A stretch of 64,000 nt of DNA. Source: Microbotryum violaceum (lineage: Eukaryota). The notes under the pieces are model-generated. The model saw only the letters and a program-made list of their open reading frames with translations. It was not told the DNA's origin and did not search any database. The position numbers and the translations under genes were made by a program. Positions 24,424 to 38,184 of this stretch are shown here, piece by piece. Position 1 is the stretch's first letter, and each line of letters starts with the position of its first letter. The DNA is taken from the NCBI GenBank assembly GCA_001244265.2, contig CDLV01000009.1, forward strand, positions 310,001 to 374,000, in the 5' to 3' direction.

Positions 24424-26148
24424 TCATCTACCGAACCCTTCGACAGGCACAAGTTTGACGTCCCCCCACTCCCTCTCCCCACGATACCTCCACCCCTTCT
24501 CAGACATCTCCAGTAACTCGGACCAGGCCAAGCGATGACGTACTAACATCCAATTGATCATCGCATCCGTGAAATGACTCGCGACGGAGATCGGGGACTT
24601 GGGACCGGCTTCGTTGTTGAGTATGGCGAGTTGGACCCGACGGACCGTGTCGACCAGGACGGGGTGACCTCGTCTTGCCCCTAGGTAGTTTGGCGTGAGC
24701 ATGATGGGTCTGCTTGCTCTCTGAGATGGACAAGGAGGGCGGAAATTGGTTATTGCGGGGGTTCTTAAGAATAGGTTTGACCCTCACGCTCACCTTTCGC
24801 CAGTTTCTGTCTTGGGCCACGAAGCCGACCCCCGCAATGAGACCTGGATCTTTGCAAGAGTTGCTACTGTATACGAAAAGTGATTCAGTACCGCCCACAA
24901 ATGAGTTTCCCGGAACATGTAGGGGTTTTCTCACCTTCTCGCAATGCAGGCCTTGCCCGTAGTCGGCCAAAGTCCCCATTCCCTAGGTTTGCGCGTCGGC
25001 CGGTAGTTGAACGGCGTGTAAACGCCACCAGATGTAAGGATGATCAAGATCTGCCATAGATCCGACTTGGCCTGATCAGTGGTAAGCGCTTCGTAGGTTG
25101 TGACGACGTTGCGTGTAGGGTCAGGGACAACGCGTTTCAGCATCCTCTCGTAAGGGAGATCGTCCATGCCCGGTTCTTCATAATCGACATCCGCCTCGTA
25201 TTCAGTCCCATGATCGGTGCCAGCATTGAGGTCGAACCTTTCCTTGACCCACTCCCCCATCTTGGATCGACCATAGACGAAGGCCTTCATTGTCCACCCG
25301 ATCAGGTCGCGCCATTCGGCCCTCGTATCCACATAGTCTGGTCGAAGCATCTCTGATTTCATCGGTGCGTTCTGATACACCTTGGGTGGTATCCTAGGTT
25401 TAGGAGATCCCCATTGGTTTAAAAGGGATTTGACGAGAGGGAAGAAGACGCGCATGTCGTTGATGAGCGAACGGGTCGCTTGCTCGTCCGAATCCTCCTG
25501 GGGAAAATTATGGCGCAGAAAGTTTTCGAGCGTCGTCATGTATTCGAGACGGTCGTAGATGAGGTTTTTGAAGGCTCCATCGGCTGCTGTACCGAGAGGC
25601 GTCAGTGGAGTGATTCTGCTTCCATCGGGGTAAAGGTAGACCATCCGGCCGTTGGCGTCGAGTGAAGCGCGAGGCCGACCTTCAGGTGTGTGAACTCGTT
25701 CGATCGTATCCCACGCCTGGATCTTTTCCTCGGGCCATACGTTCGAGAATGTCAGCTGCGACCGTGTGATTGAAGGAGCATAGATGTGTCTCGACCAATC
25801 CGTGTTCAACCGACCCGCGACCGTGTACGGCCTCGCATCGAACAGCGACACGTAATCGAGCACCATGATCGTCATGCAAAACACAACGAGCGCGACGAGC
25901 ATCAACGAGATATAGCGAGCGAATGAAGATACAAGTCGTCGGGCCCGACTTGGGGAAGGAACGTGATGGCATGGTCTGAAGGAGGGGCGTTGGTCGATGC
26001 TACGCGACTTCTCGTGTGTCCCTGGACGAGGGGGCGCTGCCGTGCGGGCGAAGGGGAGCATGCCACTGAAGGAGTGGGTCGAGGGTGACGAGGGGCTCTT
26101 TCGCTTCGTGGGAAGGGTAGCTGAAAGAGTTTGCTGGTGAGCCACCAT
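24424..26148 (-). CDS. Och1/Hoc1-like GT32 glycosyltransferase paralog B (type II membrane; DxD degenerate)
   Basis: TM ISLMLVALVVFCMTIMVL; IPPKVYQ; KSDLWQILIILTSGGVY; PGLIAGVGF; ARRGHPVLVDTV; FTDAM; GDVKLVPVEGF. Confidence 0.65.
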
Positions 26149-26829
26149 GATTGAGGAGAGTGGGGGAGGGCAGTCGGCAGCACATCGTAGTGACCCGAGT
26201 CGTCAGCGCGAGGGGCGCTTGCCCCTATCCGAGAGGTGACTCAGGGGCTCTTTGATGGCCCCGGCGATGCGGGGATATTCGTGCAAGAGGAAGGCGGTGC
26301 TCAACGAAAGAAAAGACTTTGCTGGTAAGAGACTGTCATGCAAGTACACGACGACAGGGCTTTCACCTGACGTCGCAACTGACAGTCGTCATCTTGCATC
26401 CCGTGGGCCCGTGAGCTCAGGCTCGCTCTCAGTCTCAGCGGTGCTTCCGCTAACGGATTTTCGGCCTCCACCTCCTCGTTTGACTGTTTCAAATATGTCT
26501 TACTAGCTCCCACGGTCACCCTGTGGGATGACTCTGCAGTCACAAAAGTTTGACGCTGGGGGTGGACCATAACGTGCCAAGGGATACAGAGCCGATTGGA
26601 TTGTTGTTTTGCCGAGGGATGTAATTATAGCGATTAGCCTCGATTACTCCACCCTGGTCACCGCCCGCCAGCTTCGGCGCGTCGTCGTGTCGTCTGAGCG
26701 CGAACACTGCGCCAACAGCTCAACGGCCCTACTATTGCTGCCCTTGTGTCGAGCAAGCCTTCGTACTCCACAGCCCTCCACTTGCACTACTCACCCACAC
26801 CGCCTCCCTTCAATATACAGCATCCAAAC

Positions 26830-28457
<1,628 letters not shown>

Positions 28458-28883
28458 AGTGTCTGTCTTTGTAGTTCGGCCGGTTCGTGTGGTGTCGAAG
28501 AGGGAGTCTTTGCGTGTTCTTAGAAGTTTGGCTGAGGGGAGTGATAAACGTGGGGAGGAGAAGAAGGGTGTGAGGTGGGCCTTTGCCGCTCTCTGTTTCC
28601 ATCGTGACTTTGTCTTCTTCGATCTATGTCTTCTTCTCCCATCCTATCCCCTCTAATTGTGCTTTTTCCACATTTCTGTTTTTTTGGCCTTTCTTTCGAC
28701 CATTTTGTGTTTTCCCTCCTCTTCCTTTGACAAATTCTCATCACACACAAAAACACACCCGCAATGCTCTCGACGTCGTCGCGACCTCGAGTGAAATTCC
28801 TGATTGTACACCGATGCAACAATACTGCAAATATGCGCGACTCTACCCAAGAAAGGTATCTACCCATGTCTCAATCACTTGTC

Positions 28884-29970
28884 TTACAACGACAATTCTT
28901 CGAACGCACTCGGGCCGGCCATTTCTTGAAATAGGTTTCTCGTTTCGTTGCGCTTGCGGTTCTCGACTTGGGCCAAACGACCGGCGAGGAGGTCCTTGCA
29001 GTCGAGTTTATGCGAGGGCCTATTGGGGAGGAGTGGAGAATAGTTTAGAATGAATTTGTTGGATTCGATAGACCGAGTGCTGAAAGGACTTACCAGTCGT
29101 CTTTCTGGCACTGAGGCAGGGACAAAGAAGGGCCGGGAAGTGGAGGTGGGGCGGGCACGTGATCAGTACACGTCAAGGGACAACTCTCCGAGTCTACTTA
29201 TACTGACGTGACTCACTTGGGCTGAGCACTATCCAATGCCACGCCAATGATGAAACACAGCTTATTCAGTGATATGATTCGGAGGGTGTTCGCCTTGTTC
29301 CCTTCGCACGACTCACATAATACCTCTTGCGGCATTTCGCACACCTCTTGAACCTGTGCTCGTCCAAGATGGACTCGTACCGATTGCATGCCGGACAATG
29401 GCGCGCCAAGGCTTGTTCGTCCAATCGAAGTTCACACATCGGGTAGACGACGAAAGCTTGTTTGTGTGTTCGACCGGTTCTGTTGTTGGAGTAGGAAAGG
29501 AGTGGGGTTCTCAGGTGGGGTCCCGGGGGTGAGGTTGAGGAGGAAAAAAATACTTGCGGTCTAAACCAGCCTGCTGTGATGCATTCTTCTAGTAAGCCTT
29601 TGTTCTCTGAGTACGTCTTGATCTGGGAATAGGGTGGAAAGTAAGGTGGTACATCAGCTCGCAAGCCGGGAGCCAGCCCCTCTTGGAGAGAGGTGGGCTC
29701 GATTCCCGTCACATACCGCGGAGTACGTACCCAAAACATCTCATTCCCGTCGGTCGAATAACCGGGGAACGGATCTTCCGGTACCATATTGGACAAGACG
29801 GCCCAAATTGGACCATCCTCATCGACTCGGACCTCGCTCCCTGCTGGGACGGGTTCGAAAGATGGCTGCGGTTGGGTCGTCATGATGAGTTGTTGGCCTA
29901 GACGAGAGAGGGAGACGGACTTGCCGTTGGCGAGTTTGTGCGTCGCGATGGAGAGAGAGGGGCTCGTCAT
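28884..29970 (-). CDS. MYND zinc-finger protein
   Basis: CPAC..RCAKCRKRYY|CSAQ|CQKDDW|PSHKLDC assembled across 12-nt and 17-nt exons. Confidence 0.8.
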
Positions 29971-30342
29971 TTCATCGAGGTGGGTGGTGAGGGGTGGTGA
30001 GGGAGTGGGCGGGAAGAGGGAGCGGAAGCGGAACGGAGAGAAACTTCGTGCGAGAGGTCCCGTGATCCCGTGACTTGTCTCGGTGCGAATCGTCGGTCCT
30101 TTACTTAGCCGGAGGAGCAAGCGATGGGGCAGCCGGCAGATGATTTGATTTGCGAATGTAAAAGCGTTTCTTGGAAGACAAAATTATACACCTCACCGGG
30201 AAAAACTACAGTGATGACAGTCCCCCAATAAAATGGGCCACACTGTAGCTCCGCCGTCGCCCCCCACATGACCACGCCCGGACCTTGCTTCTCCTCCTTG
30301 CTCTTGGACCGACGACCCGTTCACACCCCAAGGTCATACGGA

Positions 30343-31094
30343 ATGGCCCCTTCCAAACCAAGCGGCAATAAAGGCGCTTCCAAAGGAAAAGGCAAATCTA
30401 CCTCCGACGATGCCGACCGGCCCAGCAGTGGAGGAGATCTCAAGATCGCCAACTCGCTCAAACTGCGACACATCCTGTGCGAGAAGCAGACTAAATCGCT
30501 CGAGGCGTTGGTCAAGATCAAGGCGGGGACCTCGTTTGATGCGGTTGCGACGGCTTATTCGGAGGACAAAGCTAGGCATGGAGGATCATTAGGGTCCGTT
30601 CTGCGCGGGGGGAAGCATGCTGCAAGGGCCATAGAGCGGCTGGCGTCCGCAGTGCAGGGGGAGGAGCTGACAACGGTCGGATGAACGTGTTCTACGTGTT
30701 CTACAGGTGGATGACACGAGCTCAAATGATGGGCGCTTTCCAGGATGTGTGCTTTACGATTCCGGGTTAGTCTAATCGACGTACAGCTAGACCCGGCCGT
30801 GGGTTGCAAGGCAGAAGGAAGCTTTTGCCATAGTAACTGGTTACTGCCGTCCACCGGTGGCAGCTCAGCTGATCATGCCGAAGAATTTCGTGTCTTGTGA
30901 TTCCAGTCTCGACATGTGCCTCACCGATATACCGAGAAATCAAGACCAAGCACGGCTATCAGTCAGTCTTCTCGCCCGGCGGTTACCACTGCTTGTTCAA
31001 AAAGTTGGTCTCGACTCGGCTGACCCACCCTTGTTAAATTTGGTTTCTGGTACAATCCGATCACAGTATCGTAATGGTGGAGGGCAGGAAATAG
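30343..31094 (+). CDS. PIN4: Parvulin peptidyl-prolyl isomerase Par14/Pin4
   Basis: LRHILCEK; YSEDKARHGGSLG|WMTR; AFQDVCF; KTKHGYH|IVMVEGRK-stop. Confidence 0.92.
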
Positions 31095-31375
31095 AGCAGC
31101 ATCTGAAAAGATCCGATTTTGAGGCAATCCGGTGGGGAAATTTACTCCAACTAGTAATAATAAAAGATTTTGTCGCCGAGATCGCCGATTGCCCAAGAGC
31201 CAGCTTCTCCTCAGGTCTTGGCTCCCTGCCGCGCCTCGCCGAACCCTACTCCTGATCCCACAAACCCATCACACGCACACCACAGCAATCGTATCCTTTA
31301 AAGAACCCCCGCCGTGCTGGCAGCAAATACTGCTCAGGCCCATTCGCCCGATCACCCAGCCCTGCCACCGGGGCC

Positions 31376-32980
31376 ATGACGACGTCGACCCCACCCAACG
31401 AGCTACTGCTGCTCGTCTTCCTGCACGGCTTCAAAGGCGGCGCAGACACGTGAGTGGCCGTTAGGCAGGACTCCAAGTATCGCTTACTCACTATGTTGAA
31501 AGTGTCCTTGATGCGCTCCCACAGCTTTGCTGCGTTCCCCGATCGACTGCGCCACAACCTCGAGCAGACCGAACCTCGTTGCGAGATCCAGTCTCACGTC
31601 TATCCCCCTTATGACACTCGAGGCGAATTGACCGTAGCAGGTGAGTGAGCATCGAACTGGTTACGGGGTCCCCCAGCTAATCGCTGACTGGAATGTGCCC
31701 CGCCTTGTGTCCGACCTGACACGTACTCTCTCCTCTTTTTCCTCTCTCTCGCTCTCTCTAGTTGACAAACACGTCTCATGGCTCACCGATCTCGTCGCCA
31801 CAAAAAAGTGCGAATACACCGAAAAAGGTGGAACTGGACCCCTACGCGTCATACTCCTCGGACACTCGTGCGTCGCAGGTCTCAGCCACGTCTTCCCGAG
31901 TCGGATCGGCACGTGATAAGCACCCGGGCTCAAGCTGATTCTTCCGCTCCCTCTCTCTTGGCCGACAGTATGGGCGGTCTCGTCATTGCCGATTCGACCT
32001 TGTCGGCGCTTGGAATGCTGCCCATTCTGGGTCTCATTTGTTATGACAGTCCTTTGCTCGGATTGCACCCAGCCGTCTTCAGGGTCAGTCTCGTCTCTCC
32101 TGGCTCGCCCAGTTCTGGGCAAACCAAGGCACTGAACGACCGATGCTCCTCGATCGGAAACAGAACACCTTCGACAAGGCTTTGAGCTACGCATCGCAAG
32201 GCCAAGCCGCCCTGTCGGCTTTGACCGCTGGGTACGGCTTTATCCGATCCACAACCGGCAATGCTTCATACTCATCTTCGGGTTCAGGCAAAACCACGCC
32301 TCCCAAAGACGGCAAGAAATCCAACGAAGTAGCCGCATCATCGAACGCATCCTCTTCGAAAGGCTGGTTCTCTCTCGCCACCATGGCCGGTGTAGGAGCC
32401 GCAGTAGGAGCGATCGGAGCTGCCGGTGCGGCGTATTATAACCGAGAAGCTATAGGGAACCATTGGAGTTGGGCGACGAGTCATCTTTCTTTTGTGGGCG
32501 AGTTGTGGAAGACGACCGAAATGGAGCAGAGGATCCAACATATCGTCGAAGCGCAGGAGAAAGGGGTCGGTTTTCATTGGTCGGTTCACAAGCTCAACGC
32601 ACAATGCCCTACAATCAAGACATGAGCGATTTACTAATCTTGAAAGTTTCTTACGGTCGTACAGCTTCTACACCCACCTCCCACCCAAGAAAGATCTCCC
32701 CGAACGCACCTTTTGCGTCCTGCCCCACACCCCCGTCGTACGCGAACGCTTCACCCCTAATTCGAATCACCAAGCCGACGACGAGATCACGGCGCACATC
32801 GAGATGTTCACGGAAAAGTCGGACGGATTGTACGATTTGGCGCAGAAGAGTTGTGCGCTAATTAGTGATTGGGTGAACGCGGCGAGGAAGGGGAAGATGG
32901 GCGCTGGAGTAGGGGAGAAGGTGGATGGCTCGGCGGGGAAAGAGAAGGTGGAGGAGCCGGAGAATGAGAGGATGGTGTAG
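31376..32980 (+). CDS. Alpha/beta hydrolase (DUF676/PGAP1-like putative serine esterase)
   Basis: LVFLHGFKGGADT; ILLGHS|MGGLVIAD nucleophile elbow; YDSPLLG; DEITAHIEMF. Confidence 0.8.
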
Positions 32981-33115
32981 GGTTGTTCGGGCTCGAGGGG
33001 TTGCGATGACATTTATTATTGTCGGTTTATGTTTCACTAGACGGAATTCTGTAAGGTATGATAACATTACGTTGGAACACAAGCTTCATGGTGGACTGAT
33101 TGAACAAAGCTAAAT

Positions 33116-34510
33116 TTAGTTAGGGGGCAAGTGCCTGTGCAAAAAGTCGACATAGTCTTTGGTCGCCTCTTCGAAATGCTCGTCGAAGTAGATCTCGAAA
33201 TGACCCGCCTATACGAGAGATAAAGCAGCCCACATTAGTCACACCGCTGATGAAACGGACAGGAGATTATCCATGCCCCTGAACAGGAAAAAGGCCTCCA
33301 CTCACCCCATACTCCTTAATCTCCCCCCTTGGCGCCTGCTTCGCGTACCCCATCGTAGCCCCAGGAGGCGCAACCGAATCATTCTTACAAATCGCGAAAT
33401 AAATAGGACATTGGACCCTTTTCGCGTCACGACCAGGGTAGAGGAAGGGCATTTGAAAGACTATGCGAGCGGCGACGTATTCACGATCGGGGTGTTGGGC
33501 GCGATAGTCCTTGGAGACGAAACGGTTGAAACCCGTCATCGCGTCCGGGGCGTTCATCAGGGCGGCTGAATCAGAGGGACGCATTAGTAAGAATGGAAGC
33601 AAACGTAGTCAGCGGGTGTGGCCTCGTCATCAGTGCGACAGCGTGAAAAAAACGCGAGGTCCGCAGTCACATGATCACCCCGGCCCTCGAAGAGCCCGTC
33701 TCCAAAGCCCAAAAACCAGCTCCCCGAGACTCACGTTCACCCGGGTACCCAGCCACCTTGATGGGGGTGTACGACTCTTTGGTCCCAAAGAGCACATCTT
33801 TCGTCGCTGCGAACAAGACCCAAGGCAAGGTTTTCCAATCGACCGTCAAGGAGGAATGGAAACCAGAGGTGAAGGGGCATTGCGAGATGGCGGCTTTGAG
33901 GCGCTTGTCCTTGGAGGCGGCGGTGATGGCGTGTGCTGTGGAGGAGGCGGATGAGGTCAGTCTAAAGTTCTCTATATACTTGTGTAATTTTAACTCACCA
34001 CCTCCAAAGGACGTGCCGAATATCGCGATGCGCTCCGGGTCTTTCGAGTCCGGATCGTAGCCAACCGATGTCCCAAAATCGACCCTGTCAGTCTCTTCTA
34101 TACTCCTGGTATCATGTTCCCACCAGGGAACCGCGGAACAACGCCCGGATCACTTCTATAGAAAACTTACCAACTTGATCAAATTCAGTACGCGTATACT
34201 CCAACACGACCTTCCAATCCTCCTGTTGCGCATTCCAATCCAAGATCTGCCTCGGCGAGCCAGTGCTCTCTCCGAAGCCTCGGTAATCGAACGCCAAAGC
34301 GCTGTACCCGGCTTTCTGGAACGTCTCGGCGTACGCATCGAGGCGCATCAACTTGAAGGCACCTAAACCGTGGCCGATGACGACGCAGGGTCCGGGCTTG
34401 TCCGTCGTTGCGATGGGAGAGGGGTAGAACCAAGCGGACATACGGGCGGCACCGAAGGGAATCTCAATGTCTTGGCGCGGGGGAGTTTTGGAAGGGCGTC
34501 GAGAGGCCAT
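33116..34510 (-). CDS. Alpha/beta hydrolase (peptidase S15/hydrolase_4-like)
   Basis: VVIGHGLG; AFDYRGFGESTGSPRQ; RIAIFGTSFGGG; ICKNDSVAP; GHFEIY (Ser-Asp-His triad). Confidence 0.85.
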
Positions 34511-36038
34511 GCTCGAGGAGGGTAATCCGGGGCTGAGTTGTGAGGTGGGAGGGAACGAGGTCAAGTGTGTGAAAGGGAGATGATTTTGACAGGGAAAGGT
34601 GCGCTGGGGAGTAGGTGAACGCTGGTGCGTTGGTGGAGACCTCGTGTGGCACGCCCGGCGACTTTCTCCGACGGAGCCAGTCGCCGATCACGTGAACGGA
34701 ACACGCGTGCTTGGATCGCATACATCCACACTTATTTTTGAACGCCGCAACATCAGATAAAAGGTATCGTGGGCAAGGCCTCCCGCAAGGGTATAAAGGT
34801 AAACATCGCTACCCGTGAGTAATTCCGGTACCAAGGTGTCCCGCATACAGCTACGAGCTGTAACAGCTTATGGGTGTCCTGCAACAAGATGACGCCGCGG
34901 CCTCCGACCTCTGAAAGCCTCGAGGTTTAGCAAATAGGGGCAGGGTTGTGAGCTTACAGCTGGAATTTAGGTAAAACTTACGGTTGCCTCTACATCTGAC
35001 TCCTAAGCCCCTTTCTCAGATCACCCTTTCACCAAGCCGAATGAAGCCCCTAGCCGCTGCCCACGGTTTCAAACCCGAGCCAGAGGGCTCCGGACCCCGG
35101 ACCGGGCGTGGAGGCGGGCGCTGGCGAGCGTGGGTGTGGGCGTGAGCGCATCGCGCCTAGGCCCTGACTGGGTGGGGGTCCTCTCCTCAGGCCACCACTC
35201 TCTTCACCTCTTCACCCACTTTTTTCGGCTTTTCGCTCGCGTTCACCACGCACGCCCCACACGCTCCCTCAACCCCTCCTCCGAATTCTTGGCATCATGT
35301 CATAGCTAATCGATTTTCCTTGTTGAGCAACCTCCACAATTCAACGGAACAAAGCCTACGGTGTCTCGGGCAGTCCACGTCGTTCAAGCTGGCTACACCA
35401 AATCACCGCCCTCGAACGATGGTAACGAGAGAATCATCAGAGAGTTTATGACGGACAACGAGGCTGGCGTCATGTTTCACCTGCGTCCCGGGCACCGATT
35501 TTTCATGTCTGCCCGAGGTGGTCCCGGGCCCCGGCACCGGTAGCCTTGAAACGAAATTTGACTCTTTGCAGACTATTATAAGCTTCGCCGAGACGTCATC
35601 AGGGGATTCAGGGCACAAGGCAGCCGCTTAGCCCGCCTCCAAGCTCCTCCGGCTGCAGATATTCCCCACGGAACTCTGCGCAGGCAGACCGGTGCGCACA
35701 AGCCGCCCGCCCCCCACCCCCCCACCCCCGGTTCACTCACCTCCGCTCCGTTTTCCCCGGGTTGCCCAGCCGATTTTCACTCGGAGCAGCGGCTGAGTTC
35801 GGGCGGCGGGCGAGCATCGTTTACCGCGCTTCTGTAGCGTTACGCGCTTGCGAAAGGCCCACACACCTCTTTGGCAACGGATCCTATCTTTTTGCTTTTT
35901 TGCTCCCAGTCACATCCCTCTTTACGACTCGACCAAACACCACCTTTGGCCGCGAGCGGAAAAACTGCGCCGAAACCCACCTCAGCCCGAGCTCCTGCCC
36001 CTCCCCTCCCCTCTGCCTCACCCAAGCACGTCCACACC

Positions 36039-37950
36039 ATGCCTGCTCTCCTTAGCGCGACGTCGTCCAACACCGTCGAGGGTCTCGAGTTCTCGAAACA
36101 AGTCAAGTCCCACGACTCGGAAAAGCTTGAATCTGTCTCTGTAGGAGCCGAAAACGTCGAGCATGACGGTGTGGCGGGAGAAGCTGGCGGTTTTGACCGA
36201 ACTCGGCTCGAGAAGAGGCTCATGCGAAAACTCGATGCCCGATTCGCGATTCTGATCATTATCTACGTACGTGACGAGGTTATGACCCGATTTTGATCGA
36301 TACAGTTGCTTACTCTTAGGACTCCCCGACCCGTACTCCAACAGATCCTCAACTACATCGATCGCAACAACATCTCCGCGGCTCGCACCAAAGGTCTCGA
36401 AGTGGACCTTAAGCTCACCGGATCGCAATACCCTACGCTCCTCTCCATTCTCTACGTGGGCTACATTCTCATGCAAGTGCCCAGTAACATGATCGTCAAG
36501 AAGATGGGTCGACCCTCAATCTACCTCCCGCTCTGCATGGCTATCTGGGGTCTCATCTCGGCGCTCACCGGCATCACCACCACTTTCATTGGCGCTCTTT
36601 TGACTCGGTTCTTCTTGGGGTTCGTGGAAGCGTCCTTCTTCCCCGGATCCGTCTTCCTCCTGTCTTCTTGGTACAAGAAGGACGAGCTGGGTCTCCGCAC
36701 CGCTATCCTCTTCTGCGGTTCGCTCATCTCCAACGCCTTTGGGTCAGTTCATGAACCTCCGCTTGCTGGTCCCCTTCCGAGCCCCTTTGCTGACCAAAGA
36801 TGCGCTTCTTTTTGGCAGCCCACTTATGGCCGCCGGGATCCTCGCCAACATGGAAGGGTCTTTTGGGGGCCGTGAAGCATGGAGGAACCTCTTCTTTATC
36901 GAGGCGATCATCACGGTCGCCGTGGCCTTGCTCGCCGTGCCCATCTTGCCCGACTTCCCTCACAACTCGCGCGGATTCAGTCAAGCGGAGCGCAACATTG
37001 CAATGCAACGCATGGTGAGTCTTGCATGTAGAGTTTTCTGTAAAAGGCTGCCCTCGAGAATATTTTCTCACCGATTCACTTTTTTTTATCTCACTTAGAG
37101 TGAAGATGTTGGTGTGGAAGACGAAATTGAAGTCGGCGCTTTCCGATCGCTTCTCGATACCCTCCTCGACCCCAAAGCATGGGCCATGGCCTTGACCTTG
37201 ACCGCTCTTGTCGTCGGCCTCTCGTTCAACCAGTTCTTTCCTACCTTGACCAAGACCCTCGGTTACAGCAACACCGTCTCGCTCTTGCTCTGCGCCCCTC
37301 CTTTCTTCTTCGCCACCTTGTGCGCCTTCTTCGTCGGTCGTCACTCCGACAAGACTCAGGAGCGAGCGATGCACATCATCGTTCCCGTTCTTATTGGCAT
37401 CCTCGGTTGCATCATCGCCATGTCGACCGAGGCCGTTGCCGCTCGTTATGTCTCTCTCTTCTTGCTCGCCCAGACCTACGCCGGCTTCGTCGTCTTCTAC
37501 GCTTGGATCTCCAACACGTGAGTACTGACACTCTTCTTTCCAGCGACGAGCCTTGACTTACCCGATATGTTGTGCTTCCAAATTCAGTTTCCCTCGACCC
37601 GCCATGAAGCGCGGTATCGCCATCGCCTTCATCAACGCCTTCTCCCAGCTCGGTAACATCAGTGGAGCTTACACGTACCCCAAAAACTGGGGGCCTTCTT
37701 ACGTTAAGAGGTGAGTCATCTTGACAGTGTTTCACACCGCTTCTCCGTACCGAAAAGCTGACTTATCATCTTCACCCGAAACAGTTTCGGAATTGTCATC
37801 GCCATGTTCTCCACCTGCATCGCCGGCGTCCTCTTCCATCGCTTCACTCTCGGTCGATTGAACCGCAAGCTCGTCGAGGCCGAGGCGCGTGGTGAGAGCT
37901 GCGAGTTGAGTGGGGTCAAGTTGCCCAAGGGGTTCCGTTATGTCTTGTAA
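36039..37950 (+). CDS. MFS transporter, anion:cation symporter (Dal5/Tna1-like) family
   Basis: EKRLMRKLD; LNYIDRNNI; QVPSNM; RFFLGFVEASFFPG; WYKKDELGLR; WRNLFFIEA; C-terminal FRYVL. Confidence 0.92.
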
Positions 37951-38184
37951 ATGGTGGAATTTTATTAGAATATGGGTAGGCTTTTTCCAGCGCTTACGGT
38001 AAACTGATTGCACTGGTAGAGTCGTCTCCCCACTATGAGTCTCGCACATACGCTCGTAACCATCCACATTTTCACTGTGTCGAGCCTCTGGACTTGAGTG
38101 AGGCCATGGGGTCTCATATTTCACACGGAAGGGCTTAAGAAATTTTCGCTTCTGATTCCAGCTAGTCTCTCAAACCTGAACCAT

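Noticed and set aside
34510-36039. Long intergenic region scanned for snRNA/SRP/snoRNA signatures
   Set aside because: No recognisable ncRNA motifs by eye; treated as a divergent promoter.
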